The notes under the pieces: generated by a model
What the model saw: only the letters and a program-made list of their open reading frames with translations
What the model was told of the DNA's origin: nothing
Database searches by the model: none
Shown here: positions 35,862 to 45,323 of the stretch, one piece after another
Layout: every line of letters begins with the position of its first letter
Position numbering within the stretch: the first letter of the stretch is position 1
NCBI GenBank assembly: GCA_937998645.1
Contig: CALLCZ010000024.1
Coordinates: forward strand, 1 to 51,460
DNA length: 51,460 nucleotides
Origin: an uncultured Gammaproteobacteria bacterium
GTDB taxonomy: Bacteria; Pseudomonadota; Gammaproteobacteria; SZUA-229
Direction: 5' to 3'
Made by a program: the position numbers and the translations under genes

Positions 35862-36518
35862 ATGTTGAAATTCATTTTTCCAGTCCTGCTTCTTTTCTCC
35901 AGTATTGCTAATGCAGCTGATAATCGTATCTGTGCGCCTTTCAGGGACGGTATAGTTGATCAGGCGCTGGTGGCAGAAATGCTGGAAGCGGCGAAAGACG
36001 GGCATCTTTATCGTATTCACTCGATGACATCAAGAGTCGGCTTTTGTGTCGATAGCCTGATCGGGCGGGTTGAAGCCGAGTTTGAGGGATTTCGAGGTGG
36101 GCTCGCCCTGCGTCGCGAAGTCTGGGGTGATGAATCGCAAATGCTGGTGATGATTGATTCGGATAGCCTGAAAACGGATTATGACTTCATAAAAGATATG
36201 TTGAGAAGTGAACGCTTTCTTCATGCGCAAAAATATCCAAAAATATTATTTGTAAGCACCGCCTTAAGGTGGGAAAGTGATACCAGTGCCAGGCTGTTCG
36301 GTATGCTGACGATGCATGGTATAACCAGGCCTATCAATTTTAGAATGGAGTTAACCGATATTATTGGCGAACGTGCAGATCATGAGCAGGAAATTGTAGT
36401 TACCGGGCATGCAGATATTCGACGCTCGGATTTTGGCATGTCAAACCTGTCCGGGTTTGTCAGTGATAATGTTGAACTTTGTATGAGTGTAAGCGCATTA
36501 AGATTCCAGCAGCAATAG
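35862..36518 (+). CDS. YceI family periplasmic protein, paralogue 2
   Basis: Signal peptide; YPKILFVST, GMLTMHGITR, RSDFGM. Confidence 0.88.
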   Translation: MLKFIFPVLLLFSSIANAADNRICAPFRDGIVDQALVAEMLEAAKDGHLYRIHSMTSRVGFCVDSLIGRVEAEFEGFRGGLALRREVWGDESQMLVMIDSDSLKTDYDFIKDMLRSERFLHAQKYPKILFVSTALRWESDTSARLFGMLTMHGITRPINFRMELTDIIGERADHEQEIVVTGHADIRRSDFGMSNLSGFVSDNVELCMSVSALRFQQQ

Positions 36519-36679
36519 TGATCAAATTTGCTCAAATCATATTTTCATCAGTGTAGACGCGTTTGAGCATTAACGGATATTCATAAAAAATTATGAGTCG
36601 CGAAGATCGCAAAAAACCATAGTTATTTAGATTTTGCTTTATTGGCGTTATTTGCGGACAATATGGTTCTTGTCTGTGT

Positions 36680-37462
36680 TTATCTGTGTGAATTCCACCA
36701 TGCGGGCAAATCTGCAATAGAATCAATCACATCATAGGGCTTGATACCAAGCTCCAGGTCGCTTTGTTGAAACTTGCCTGTTGTTACCAGCAAGCCTTTA
36801 ATGCCGGCATTCTGTGATCCCTCGATATCACCCCGGATGTCATCTCCAATCATGATTGTCTCGCTGGATTTACAGCCAAGCCTGTTGAGTGCACTGGAGT
36901 AGAATTCTTTAGAGGGCTTCCCTAATACGATGGCCTCGCGCCCGCTTGCGTGTTCCAGTGCTTTTACAAAGGGTGCTGCATCCAGTCTGAGGCCGTCTTC
37001 TGATCGCCAGTAACGGGTCATGCCCAGGGCAATAAGTTTTGTATCGGTTTTACTCATCAGCAGGCGAAATGCCCGGTTCAGTGTTTTGAAATCCCAGGCT
37101 TCACCCAGGTCGCCAATGATGACTGCTTCAGCACCTTGTTCAGCCTTGTGTTCGCATTGCTCGAAATCTGCAAATTCATCGCGTGTTGCCTCAGGAATGA
37201 ATAGCGCAATCTTTCCGTTTATGTTGTTGTGCAACCATTGCTGTGCTGCAATTGCCGGAGTCAGGAAGTCATCAGGGTCAGCTTTGATATGAAAATTTGC
37301 AAGTTTATCTACCAGGGCTGAGCGTGGGCGTGAGGTGGTATTTGTAAGGAACAAGTGGGGGATGGCATTATCCTGGCACCATTTTATAACTGATGCTGCG
37401 CCCTCGACGGCATGACTACCCGTATAAAGTACGCCATCCAGATCAAATAAAATAGCTTTCAT
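36680..37462 (-). CDS. HAD-IIA hydrolase, LHPP/HDHD2-like
   Basis: FDLDGVL, LTNTT, GKPS, MIGDDIRGDI, TGKF. Confidence 0.9.
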   Translation of the reverse strand: MKAILFDLDGVLYTGSHAVEGAASVIKWCQDNAIPHLFLTNTTSRPRSALVDKLANFHIKADPDDFLTPAIAAQQWLHNNINGKIALFIPEATRDEFADFEQCEHKAEQGAEAVIIGDLGEAWDFKTLNRAFRLLMSKTDTKLIALGMTRYWRSEDGLRLDAAPFVKALEHASGREAIVLGKPSKEFYSSALNRLGCKSSETIMIGDDIRGDIEGSQNAGIKGLLVTTGKFQQSDLELGIKPYDVIDSIADLPAWWNSHR

Positions 37463-37729
37463 ACTTTAGCGCCAATCATTTATTGATTACCAGATATCAA
37501 TAACAGGTCGTCATATGACGAGCGGTATAATATATGGCAGTTACCAATCTAGCGAGAATAGATCACGAGTGCAAATATGATGTTAACCATGCTTTGCTTA
37601 CTGTGGTTAACATTGTGTATGTTTAGTCAGGCATGAAGCCGCTGGATGTGGACAGGTCGGTATATCACAACCTGCTGGAGCTACTGGAAAAAAGGATTGA
37701 TACACTGGGGGCGCTGGTTTGAACCAGGA

Positions 37730-37765
37730 GCCTGATCCGATCTGATTTTTAAAGACGGGTCAGGC
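37730..37765. other. Stem-loop, possible terminator
   Basis: GCCTGATCCG / CGGGTCAGGC 10-bp stem. Confidence 0.45.
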
Positions 37766-37876
37766 AAATCCGCAAAATCCGACGTAGCCACACCCTCTTC
37801 CGCTCAGCAGAGCGCCAGGCGATCCGCTGAGGGCTGGGTCCACATCCAGTCTTGATATTATTTGTGAATTGAATGT

Positions 37877-38212
37877 TTAACTACAACCTTTTGGTCGTGG
37901 CAGACCGGCAATCTTGTTGGCACATTTGATCAGGCCGGTAGGAAACAGTGAATAAATATATTTTTGATCACTACGGTCCTTGCCATACTTTTTCTTCATG
38001 ATTTTTGAGAATGAGCGTGGCTCGCATACCTGTCCATTGTCGATGAAATATTCTCGTGCTTCGTTGATGATATCCCAGTGCTCTTCGGTTAATTCATCAA
38101 TTTTTTCATTTTTTGCAATTTCTACAGCGAGTTCTTCGCTCCATTCATCCAGATTTTCCAGCCAGCCGGCCTCACTTAATTGAATGACCTTGCCGTTAAC
38201 TTCAGCCTGCAT
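37877..38212 (-). CDS. TusE/DsrC family sulfur relay protein
   Basis: W.EE.A, LTEEHW.II, LFP.G, KIAGLPRPKGCS with penultimate Cys. Confidence 0.92.
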   Translation of the reverse strand: MQAEVNGKVIQLSEAGWLENLDEWSEELAVEIAKNEKIDELTEEHWDIINEAREYFIDNGQVCEPRSFSKIMKKKYGKDRSDQKYIYSLFPTGLIKCANKIAGLPRPKGCS

Positions 38213-38324
38213 CTTAATACCTCGAATTAATAACCTAGTAAACTAGTCGGGTATTATAACGGATCGCTTGAATGATATAAATATTACTTTAATTGTGGTT
38301 TTAACGTACCAGGTCAGGCCAGCA

Positions 38325-38873
38325 TTATCTGACCAGCTGTCTGTTGACTTCATCCCTTTTCGCCTGTCCTTCGAGCAACTCTATCAGTGTAAGCGCGAAA
38401 TCCATCGCGGTGCCCGGACCCCTTGAGGTGACTATTTTGCCGTCAATTTCAATGGCCGTATCCTTCACGTCTATTTGCTCGTTGTTCAGCGCTTCAAGCA
38501 CGCCCGGGTATGCGGTTGCCTTCTTACCGTCGAGCAGGCCGGCAGCAGCGACTGCTTTTGGCGCTGCGCAAATGGCGCCGATGTATTTCCCCTGGTCGGC
38601 ATGGTTTTTCAACAACGCCTGAATGTTGTCGTCTTCCTTTAAGTGGTCGGCTCCAGGCAGTCCTCCCGGTAGCACGATCAAATCAAAAGTCTGGTCGAGT
38701 ACGGTATCAATAGAAGTATCGGGAATGATGGTGGTGCCACGTGATGCGGTGACAGGCAGATCATCGAGACCGGCAGTAGTAACCTCTATACCTGCACGCA
38801 CCAGCAGGTCGGTTATGGTAATTGCTTCCAGTTCTTCACAGCCCTGAGCCAGTGGTACCAGTACTCGCGACAT
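38325..38873 (-). CDS. DJ-1/YajL/ThiJ family protein
   Basis: GCEELEA, LPGGLPGA, AICAAP, TSRGPGTA; start set at ATG 38873. Confidence 0.93.
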   Translation of the reverse strand: MSRVLVPLAQGCEELEAITITDLLVRAGIEVTTAGLDDLPVTASRGTTIIPDTSIDTVLDQTFDLIVLPGGLPGADHLKEDDNIQALLKNHADQGKYIGAICAAPKAVAAAGLLDGKKATAYPGVLEALNNEQIDVKDTAIEIDGKIVTSRGPGTAMDFALTLIELLEGQAKRDEVNRQLVR

Positions 38874-39633
38874 TTTCCAGTTCCTCACGGTTATATTTAT
38901 CGGCGATTAATTCTGAAACAGCAACGAGCTTGATGCCCTGCTCTTCAAGCTCACCGAGATGCTGTTTGATAAATTGTAGGGTGTGAGGATGTGGATGTGC
39001 AATAGCAATAGCATACCCGGTCTGCCTGGCCCTGTTAATAAAACGCGTGAATTCTCTTCGAATGGTTTCCGGTCTGAAGTCAGGATCAAGAAAAATATCC
39101 CGGTCGAGATGTGGCACATTATGTTTGTTCGCAAACAGCGAGGCCACTGATTTTGTAGTAGTCCTGCTGTCAATAAAATAAAGCCCGCCCTCTTCTGCCA
39201 GAGCCGACATTAACCAGTCCATATGCCCGGGGTGCTGTGTCAGCAAACTACCCATGTGGTTGTTGATGCCTTTGATATGAGGAATTGATTCGATATCTGA
39301 TTTAAGCTGTCGGGTGAACTCGGCATGTGTCATGTGCAGTTTCAAAGTTCCGGGCGTGTGGCTGTGATGGCTTACAGATTGTAGCGGCAAATGCAGCATA
39401 ATCTCTTTACCTGAGCTGTGTGCCTTGAAAGCAAGATTACTGGCAAAATCAGTATGTGGCAGGAAGGCGAGCGTAATCGGTGCGGGCAATTCTATAGCCA
39501 TATTGCCGTATTCAAGATTGTTGCCAAGGTCGTCAATGATAATGCTTGCCAGCTTATCTGCGTATCCTGCAGGCATAAAAAAGGCGACCAGTAAAAGCAG
39601 TATTACTGGTCGCCTGTATTGTCTAAACAGCAT
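38836..39633 (-). CDS. Divergent polysaccharide deacetylase family protein (YibQ-like)
   Basis: IIIDDLG, LHLP, GINNHMGS, FIDSRT, RDIFLD, AIAHP. Confidence 0.93.
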   Translation of the reverse strand: MLFRQYRRPVILLLLVAFFMPAGYADKLASIIIDDLGNNLEYGNMAIELPAPITLAFLPHTDFASNLAFKAHSSGKEIMLHLPLQSVSHHSHTPGTLKLHMTHAEFTRQLKSDIESIPHIKGINNHMGSLLTQHPGHMDWLMSALAEEGGLYFIDSRTTTKSVASLFANKHNVPHLDRDIFLDPDFRPETIRREFTRFINRARQTGYAIAIAHPHPHTLQFIKQHLGELEEQGIKLVAVSELIADKYNREELENVASTGTTGSGL

Positions 39634-39643
39634 CGAGTGCCAA

Positions 39644-40963
39644 TCAGGATCTACCGAGTATCGTCAATCCTTTTAACAACAGAAGTGCTTCATGAAGCTG
39701 GTAGTCTTCCGTAGCCAGGATCTTGTCACCCTTGGTTTTTTTAGAGGCCTTTTCAGACTTTTTGATCTCTTCATCCGACATGGTTGGATTGCTGATATGG
39801 TTGCTCAAGTCAGCTTCTTTTATGCTCGCAAGCGAATCTTCCTCGGCAGATGTAACTGTGTATTTATCAAGTACGATATCCGGTGTTATACCGGCACCCT
39901 GGATGGACCTTCCATTTGGAGTAAAGTAGCGAGCAGTGGTTATCTTGACTGCACCGCCACTTCTGAGTTCCTGTATGGTTTGTACTGAACCTTTGCCGAA
40001 TGATTTACTGCCCATAACAATAGCGCGTCTATGATCCTGTAGTGCTCCGGCTACGATCTCGGATGCGGAGGCTGAGCCGCCGTTGATCAGTACGACCACA
40101 GGCGCACCATCAAGAATGTCGCCGGGTTTGGCGTTGTATTCATAATGCGAGTTATCGATACGGCCTTCAGTGTAAACGAGTTTGCCTTTATTTATAAACA
40201 GGTCTGAAACTTCAGCAGCCGCATTCAACACACCACCAGGGTTGTTGCGCAAGTCAAGCACAAGCCCTTTGAGGTCGGCCTTGTTCTCTTCTTTGAGATC
40301 GTTGAGCGCTTCCAGCAGTTGAGGTGCTGTTCTTGACTGGAAGTTACTGATGCGAATATAGCCGTAACCAGGATCGAGCATTCTGTTCTTGACGCTTTGC
40401 ACCTTGATAATGTCGCGGGTAACAACGAAGGTTAGCGGTTTATCATTGCCTTCACGAACAACAGTTAATTCTATATCGGTGCCCGGCTTGCCACGCATGA
40501 TTTTTACTGCATCATTCAGCGTCAGTCCTTTGACGGTTTGTTCATCCAGGCGGATGATCAGATCCCCTGCTTTCAGTCCGGCCTTGAATGCGGGTGTGTC
40601 ATCAATTGGCGAAATGACTTTTACGAAGCCGTCTTCCATGCCGACCTGTATCCCAAGTCCGCCAAATTCACCGGATGTGCCGATGCGTAGCTCATTGTAC
40701 TCGTCAGGACTCAGATAGGTGGAATGCGGGTCCAGTCCGGAGAGCATGCCGCGAATGGCGTGTTCCAGAAGCACTTCGTCTTCTACGTCTTCAACATAAT
40801 CTGATTTGATACGGGAAAAGATGTCTGAAAAATTGCGTAGCTGATCCAGCGGTAATCCTTTTGCTTCTTCTTTATTGGCAAGCACGTTGCCTGTCAGTGA
40901 AGCCGAGATTCCTAAAAATATGCCGAAGACCAATACCAGCGCGGTCTTGAATTGTTTGCTCAT
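39644..40963 (-). CDS. ctpA: Carboxyl-terminal processing protease (S41, CtpA-like)
   Basis: LDPHS, PDZ GLGI, DLRNNPGG, SASASEIVAGALQD, FGKGSVQ. Confidence 0.94.
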   Translation of the reverse strand: MSKQFKTALVLVFGIFLGISASLTGNVLANKEEAKGLPLDQLRNFSDIFSRIKSDYVEDVEDEVLLEHAIRGMLSGLDPHSTYLSPDEYNELRIGTSGEFGGLGIQVGMEDGFVKVISPIDDTPAFKAGLKAGDLIIRLDEQTVKGLTLNDAVKIMRGKPGTDIELTVVREGNDKPLTFVVTRDIIKVQSVKNRMLDPGYGYIRISNFQSRTAPQLLEALNDLKEENKADLKGLVLDLRNNPGGVLNAAAEVSDLFINKGKLVYTEGRIDNSHYEYNAKPGDILDGAPVVVLINGGSASASEIVAGALQDHRRAIVMGSKSFGKGSVQTIQELRSGGAVKITTARYFTPNGRSIQGAGITPDIVLDKYTVTSAEEDSLASIKEADLSNHISNPTMSDEEIKKSEKASKKTKGDKILATEDYQLHEALLLLKGLTILGRS

Positions 40964-41092
40964 GAATATCTCCAGGCCAACATGGCCCTGTCCATCAATA
41001 CTATAGCCCAGTTACGCATAATTTCGTATCCAGTGCTAGACATTATTATATATAGAGCTGTCGGTCGTCCAGTTGTTCCCGATAAGAGGTTA

Positions 41093-42286
41093 TTATAGCT
41101 TTGCCTGGTGTTTTGCCTTTCTGGAGCACCAGCTGCCCGGATTCACCGGTTTTCCCCTTGAGCGGATCTCGAAATAGACACCAGGCATGGGCTGTCCCCC
41201 GCTGTCACCGCTGGTGGCTACAACCTCGCCGGCATTAACCCAGTCACCGGCCTGTTTGATCAGGGTTTCATTATGTCCATAGAGGCTCATATACCCCTCG
41301 CCATGGTCAATAATAGTAATAAAACCATAGCCTTGTAACCAGTCGGCAAAGGCGACACGGCCACGGCTGACGGCACGAACCGGGCTGCCATGGGCTGTGC
41401 TAATGAGAACGCCGTTCCATTTCAGCCCGCCCTGATTACGCGGTTCTCCATACGTGGCAAGAAACGGGCCGGATGCAGGCCATGGCAGTTTCCCCTTTTG
41501 CAGCTTGAATGGTTGTGAGTCAGACGGGCTTTGCGGAATATCTGCGAGCAGCTCGCCGAGAGACATCAACAGATTCTCGATCCGGTTTCGGCTGTCTTCC
41601 AGTTCGGACAGGTTTTTCTCCTGGTTGCTGATTTCCCGCTCCAGGCGAGCGAGTAGCTGATTTCTCTTAACTCTTTGACTTAACAGGGTATTTTTCTGTT
41701 TTTTCCTTGTTTTCAGGCTTTCATCGTGTTCTTTCCGGGTTGTCTTCAACGCCGCTTCCACGCGTCGTTTTTCCGAGATACTGTCGAGAAAGTCAGCAAT
41801 GTGCTTCTCGCGTGCCCGATTGAGGTAATCAAAATATACGATAACGCGTCCCATTTCAGCGGGATCCTGCTGATTAAGCAACATTTTCACCTGCTGCTGC
41901 CGCCCTATCGCATAAGCCGCACGTATCTGCTCAGACAGGCTCTGGCGCTGTGTATTCAGTTTGCGTTGCAGTTTTGCGAGTTCGTTTCGCAAATCAGAGA
42001 TGTTGTTATCAAGCCGGTCTATTCTTGCTTCGGTTTTATCCAGCTCCGCTGAATTCTCGCTGATCTTGCTTTCGAGCTGCTGTAATTCTGTTACAACATG
42101 TCCGCGCTTGTATCGCGTGCTTTTTAGATGATTTTTTACCTTTTCGATACTTTTCTGGACCATCTCCAGCTTTTTCTGATAACGTTCAAAATCATCATTG
42201 TCGGAGGCAAAAACAGGAGATTGAAGAAATAGCAGAAGAAATAACAGGATATGGATGCAGTTTGAGGTGCTGTTGCTGAGGTACAT
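41093..42286 (-). CDS. envC: Murein hydrolase activator EnvC
   Basis: Long coiled coil plus degenerate M23 domain (LPWP, WNGVLI, YMSLYGHN, YFEIR). Confidence 0.9.
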   Translation of the reverse strand: MYLSNSTSNCIHILLFLLLFLQSPVFASDNDDFERYQKKLEMVQKSIEKVKNHLKSTRYKRGHVVTELQQLESKISENSAELDKTEARIDRLDNNISDLRNELAKLQRKLNTQRQSLSEQIRAAYAIGRQQQVKMLLNQQDPAEMGRVIVYFDYLNRAREKHIADFLDSISEKRRVEAALKTTRKEHDESLKTRKKQKNTLLSQRVKRNQLLARLEREISNQEKNLSELEDSRNRIENLLMSLGELLADIPQSPSDSQPFKLQKGKLPWPASGPFLATYGEPRNQGGLKWNGVLISTAHGSPVRAVSRGRVAFADWLQGYGFITIIDHGEGYMSLYGHNETLIKQAGDWVNAGEVVATSGDSGGQPMPGVYFEIRSRGKPVNPGSWCSRKAKHQAKL

Positions 42287-42458
42287 ATGTGTTTTTAATG
42301 TTGCTCTGGATTTAGAACAAGGCGAATTGCGCCGCTAAAAAATACATAAAATGCTGCCCGTTTTCTGATATTTGGTATTTTTTTTAAATAAAAAACGTGT
42401 ATTATTGTATCGCTGTTTACTTATATAATTATAATAATACTTAAGTCAGGTCACTCTC

Positions 42459-42797
42459 ATGATGAATGTTGCAAATCTAGAAACTACTGTTTTGATGACC
42501 CGCGAAGAGGACATCAATCGCGCCTCCCGCTCCCTGAAAGCCATGTCTCACCCGTTAAGACTTAGAATACTCTGTACCCTGGGCGACCAGGAAGTGAGTG
42601 TACAGGATATTGTTGAATCGGTGGGAACATCACAAAGCAATATTTCCCAGCACCTGGCTATTCTGCGTGATAAGGGAATTCTCGCTTCACGTAAAGACGC
42701 CAACAAGGTGTTTTATCGTGTGAGTGATACACGTACACTGCGCTTGATTGGCATGATGCAGGAAGTGTTCTGTTCTGCCAAAAAGATACATGATTAA
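42459..42797 (+). CDS. ArsR/SmtB family regulator (BigR/SqrR/YgaV-like)
   Basis: LKAMSHPLRLRILC, SQSNISQHLA, C-terminal VFC; two Cys in the persulfide-sensor positions. Confidence 0.9.
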   Translation: MMNVANLETTVLMTREEDINRASRSLKAMSHPLRLRILCTLGDQEVSVQDIVESVGTSQSNISQHLAILRDKGILASRKDANKVFYRVSDTRTLRLIGMMQEVFCSAKKIHD

Positions 42798-42851
42798 ACC
42801 TGTTCAGGGTTGGTGTGTTTATAAAATCTGCTTATAAATGATCCAGGTTCT

Positions 42852-43277
42852 ATGGAACAATTAATCGAATTTGCAGGCAACCACATGCTCATGGTTGGTG
42901 CCTTTTTTGTGGTTTTGGCGCTTGTTATCAAGGCTGAATTCGAACACCAGTCGGGCAGGGCAAACCAGATGGACCCGACGGCTGCGATTCGGCTAATGAA
43001 CAATGATGACGCTGTCGTACTCGACGTACGTGAGGCGACTGATTTTAACAACGGTCATATCAAGAACGCTAAAAATATTCCGATTACATCACTAAAAAGC
43101 CAGCTTGATAGCCTGATAAAAGACAAGAACAAGCCTGTCCTGGCCTATTGCCGCAGTGGTAATGTATCAGGCAAAGCCTGTAGAATTTTGAAAAGTTCGG
43201 GCTTCAGTGATGTACATAATCTTGCCGGCGGAATTCTGAACTGGCAAGAGGCTAATTTGCCGCTCACCAAAAAATAA
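42852..43277 (+). CDS. Membrane-anchored rhodanese domain protein (YibN-like)
   Basis: N-terminal TM, LDVRE, GHI, active loop YCRSG, LAGGI..W. Confidence 0.92.
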   Translation: MEQLIEFAGNHMLMVGAFFVVLALVIKAEFEHQSGRANQMDPTAAIRLMNNDDAVVLDVREATDFNNGHIKNAKNIPITSLKSQLDSLIKDKNKPVLAYCRSGNVSGKACRILKSSGFSDVHNLAGGILNWQEANLPLTKK

Positions 43278-43306
43278 TCATCAAACATTAATCTAGAGAA
43301 ATCATC

Positions 43307-43807
43307 ATGGCCGAGGAAAATCAACCAGCTCATGGGCAAGCCGAGGGCAGGGCGCAGGAACAGCAGTTTTCAATACAAAAGCTGTATTTGAAAGACGTAT
43401 CATTCGAGTCGCCCAATGTGCCTGCAGTTTTTGCTGATGGCGAGTGGCAGCCAGAAGTAAATATTCAACTGAACAGCTCAAATAAATCAATCGGTCAGGA
43501 TGCATTTGAGGTTGATCTGAAAATCACCGTGACTGCAAAACAGAACAAGAAAACGGCATTTCTGGTTGAGCTGACGCAGTCAGGCATATTTACCGTCGCA
43601 GGTTTCGAGCAGGATAACCTGAGAGGCATGCTTGGCGCATATTGTCCGGAAACGCTTTTCCCGTTTGCGCGCGAAGCCATAGCCGAACTCGTGAGCAAGG
43701 GTGGTTTTCCACCGCTGCTACTGGCACCGGTGAACTTCAATGCGCTGTATATGCAACAGGCGCAGCAGCAACAGGCAGCGGCAGCTGCTCAGGATACTGC
43801 TCACTAA
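43307..43807 (+). CDS. secB: Protein export chaperone SecB
   Basis: IQKLYLKDVSFESP, CPETLFPFARE, GGFPPLLLAPVNF. Confidence 0.97.
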   Translation: MAEENQPAHGQAEGRAQEQQFSIQKLYLKDVSFESPNVPAVFADGEWQPEVNIQLNSSNKSIGQDAFEVDLKITVTAKQNKKTAFLVELTQSGIFTVAGFEQDNLRGMLGAYCPETLFPFAREAIAELVSKGGFPPLLLAPVNFNALYMQQAQQQQAAAAAQDTAH

Positions 43808-43815
43808 ATCAACAC

Positions 43816-44829
43816 GTGAGTACGCAGCATAAAACCGTTGCTGTTCTGGGTGCAGGCTCATGGGGTACTGCGCTTGCGATTCATCTGGCGCGGGCAGGAT
43901 TGAATGTCCGGCTTTGGGGTAATCACCCGGAACATATTCAGGCCCTGCAGAAAGAGCGCTGTAATCAAAAATATCTCCCTGACGTAGTTTTCCCGGATAA
44001 CCTGGCGCTGTGCAGCAGCCTGGAAGACGCGCTGAGCGGTGGCAGTTTGCTGGTTCTGATTGTTATACCCAGTCATGCCTACCGGTCTTTTCTAAAATCT
44101 TCTTCTTCACTTTTCAACGAAGGCATGTCTATTGCATGGGCCAGTAAGGGCCTGGAAGAGGGTACCGGAAAGCTGTTGCACCAGGTTTTCAATGAAGAAA
44201 TACCTCAGTGCAACAGGCTGGCTGTCATTTCCGGTCCAACATTTGCTAAAGAGGTTGCGCGTGATTTGCCAACGGCGATAACTGTCGCTTCTGATATGGA
44301 AGAAGTGGCAAATGAGTGGCGCGACTGTCTGCATAATGGTTATTTTCGCGCCTACACCAGCAATGATGTTACCGGCGTTGAGCTTGGTGGGGCTATGAAA
44401 AATCCGCTGGCTATCGCGGCGGGTATTGCTGACGGCCTCGGTTTTGGCGCTAATTCCAGGGCTGCGTTGATTACTCGCGGCCTGGCCGAGGTGATGCGCC
44501 TGGGTGAGGCCATGGGCTGTAATCGTGATACCTTTATGGGGCTTGCCGGTTTGGGTGATCTGGTGCTGACCTGCACGGATGATCAATCGCGTAATCGGCG
44601 TACCGGACTGTTGCTGGCACAAGGTCTGAGCAAACAGCAAATTGCCGAGAAAATCGGTCAGGAAATCGAGGGGGTGCGTTCTTCCCTCGAATCAGTCAGG
44701 CTTGGTCAGAAGTACCAGGTCGAATTACCCATCATAGAGCAGGTCCATAAAGTGCTGTATGAAGGCTTTCATCCGCACGATGCAGTGCGTTCGCTGCTGG
44801 AGAGAAAATCCATCGCCGAACTTATCTAG
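43816..44829 (+). CDS. gpsA: NAD(P)H-dependent glycerol-3-phosphate dehydrogenase
   Basis: VLGAGSWGTALA, SGPTFA, GLGDLVLTCTDDQSRN; start set at GTG 43816 because the track start overlaps secB. Confidence 0.96.
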   Translation: MSTQHKTVAVLGAGSWGTALAIHLARAGLNVRLWGNHPEHIQALQKERCNQKYLPDVVFPDNLALCSSLEDALSGGSLLVLIVIPSHAYRSFLKSSSSLFNEGMSIAWASKGLEEGTGKLLHQVFNEEIPQCNRLAVISGPTFAKEVARDLPTAITVASDMEEVANEWRDCLHNGYFRAYTSNDVTGVELGGAMKNPLAIAAGIADGLGFGANSRAALITRGLAEVMRLGEAMGCNRDTFMGLAGLGDLVLTCTDDQSRNRRTGLLLAQGLSKQQIAEKIGQEIEGVRSSLESVRLGQKYQVELPIIEQVHKVLYEGFHPHDAVRSLLERKSIAELI

Positions 44830-44852
44830 TCCGTCTTGGTGTATTTAGTGGG

Positions 44853-45323
44853 CTAGAGTAGTTTTACTGTTTCATCAGTAAAATTGTTCTGTCTCAATCC
44901 CTCATATACAACGATGGCCACTGCGTTGGACAGATTCAAACTGCGGCTGTTTTTCAGCATCGGAATACGAAGTATCCTGTTCTGATCGAGTGAGTCCAGG
45001 TAACTGTCAGGCAGTCCTCGTGTTTCAGGGCCAAAAACCAGTGTATCTCCAGCCCTGATACATGCATCAGTGTATGATCTGGAACCTCGAGTCGATATTG
45101 CATAAATATTGCCGCTGGTACTGCATGCCGATACCAGGTCAGGGTGCGTTTCGACCTCTGCCCATTCATGGTAATCCAGTCCGGCACGCCGTAACTTCTT
45201 GTTATTCAGGTCAAAACCCAGGGGCTCGACCAGCTGGAGATGGCAACCCGTGTTCGCACACAGGCGGATAATATTTCCGGTATTGGGTGGTATTTCAGGC
45301 TGGTACAACACGATATTGAACAT
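44853..45323 (-). CDS. trmL: tRNA (cytidine/uridine-2'-O)-methyltransferase TrmL
   Basis: PEIPPNTGNIIRLC, RRAGLDY, FGPETRGLP, RSLNLSN. Confidence 0.96.
   Translation of the reverse strand: MFNIVLYQPEIPPNTGNIIRLCANTGCHLQLVEPLGFDLNNKKLRRAGLDYHEWAEVETHPDLVSACSTSGNIYAISTRGSRSYTDACIRAGDTLVFGPETRGLPDSYLDSLDQNRILRIPMLKNSRSLNLSNAVAIVVYEGLRQNNFTDETVKLL

Noticed and set aside
37779-37870. Twister ribozyme, tRNA-Sec or SRP RNA identity for the structured element
   Set aside because: GGACCCAGCCC...GAGGG only loosely resembles twister and the conserved core could not be placed; no cloverleaf or SRP loop motif. Left as unassigned structure
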